NCBI GenBank assembly: GCA_016748015.1
Contig: JAAOMT010000790.1
Location: 1 to 9,689 of the forward strand
Length of the DNA: 9,689 nt
Source: Geosiphon pyriformis uo1
Taxonomy: Eukaryota; Fungi; Glomeromycota
Direction of reading: 5' to 3'
In this document: piece after piece, positions 9,439 to 9,689 of the stretch
How the letters are laid out: every line of letters begins with the position of its first letter
Position numbering within the stretch: position 1 is the stretch's first letter
Notes under the pieces: generated by a model
The model's database searches: none
Told to the model about the DNA's origin: nothing
The model's input: the letters and a program-made list of their open reading frames with translations, nothing else
Made by a program: the position numbers and the translations under genes

Positions 9439-9689
9439 ACTCACAACTCCAGAGTGCTTCCTCAGGTTCCAATGGTGAAAGCAGTTATTAAATATGCTTC
9501 CAAAAAATTATCATAAACGAAAAACTTTAAAGGATATTTTTTCTTTGAGCATACCTTGCGATCCGGAAAAAAAAAGGCCGCAGAAATATAATTAAGTAAT
9601 CGTGTTTTTATATTTTTGTCGAATATAAGACTTAGTAGTCAAAGTTTCTCGAGATGAGAGGTAGGATAAATAGAGCTCAAAAATTATAC
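9306..9689 (-). repeat. Right arm of the perfect 384-bp inverted repeat
   Basis: GATATACAACGTACC...GAGCTCAAAAATTATAC is the reverse complement of 1-384. Identity stops at 9305/385. Confidence 0.98.

Noticed and set aside
1-9689. Autonomous transposon, Polinton, fungal linear plasmid or telomere-capped minichromosome
   Set aside because: No transposase, integrase, protein-primed DNA polymerase or RNA polymerase ORF. No telomeric array at the ends; the TTAGGG at 9205 is isolated.

Overview
Eukaryotic, intron-rich, AT-rich DNA, most likely from an early-diverging fungus (Mucoromycota/Glomeromycotina-like; this is inferred). It holds a compact block of four apparently intact housekeeping genes: URA5-type orotate phosphoribosyltransferase (+), acetoacetyl-CoA synthetase (-, 8 exons), spliceosomal RED/IK protein (+, 5 exons) and 60S ribosomal protein L17/uL22 (-, 5 exons). 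The most striking feature is that the whole block is bracketed by a perfect 384-bp inverted repeat (1-384 = reverse complement of 9306-9689) running to the first and last base. No transposase, recombinase, polymerase or telomere array is present. The repeat carries 79-85-bp tandem subunits. Its right copy continues into a degenerate protein-kinase-like fragment. Its left copy is cut mid-subunit and fused to about 1 kb of CpG-free, decayed repeat-like DNA. A roughly 200-bp MITE-like element sits in a GC-AG intron of the acetoacetyl-CoA synthetase gene. From this window alone I cannot tell apart a gene-carrying TIR element, a flip-flop invertible segment, the centre of an inverted duplication, or an assembly-graph effect.
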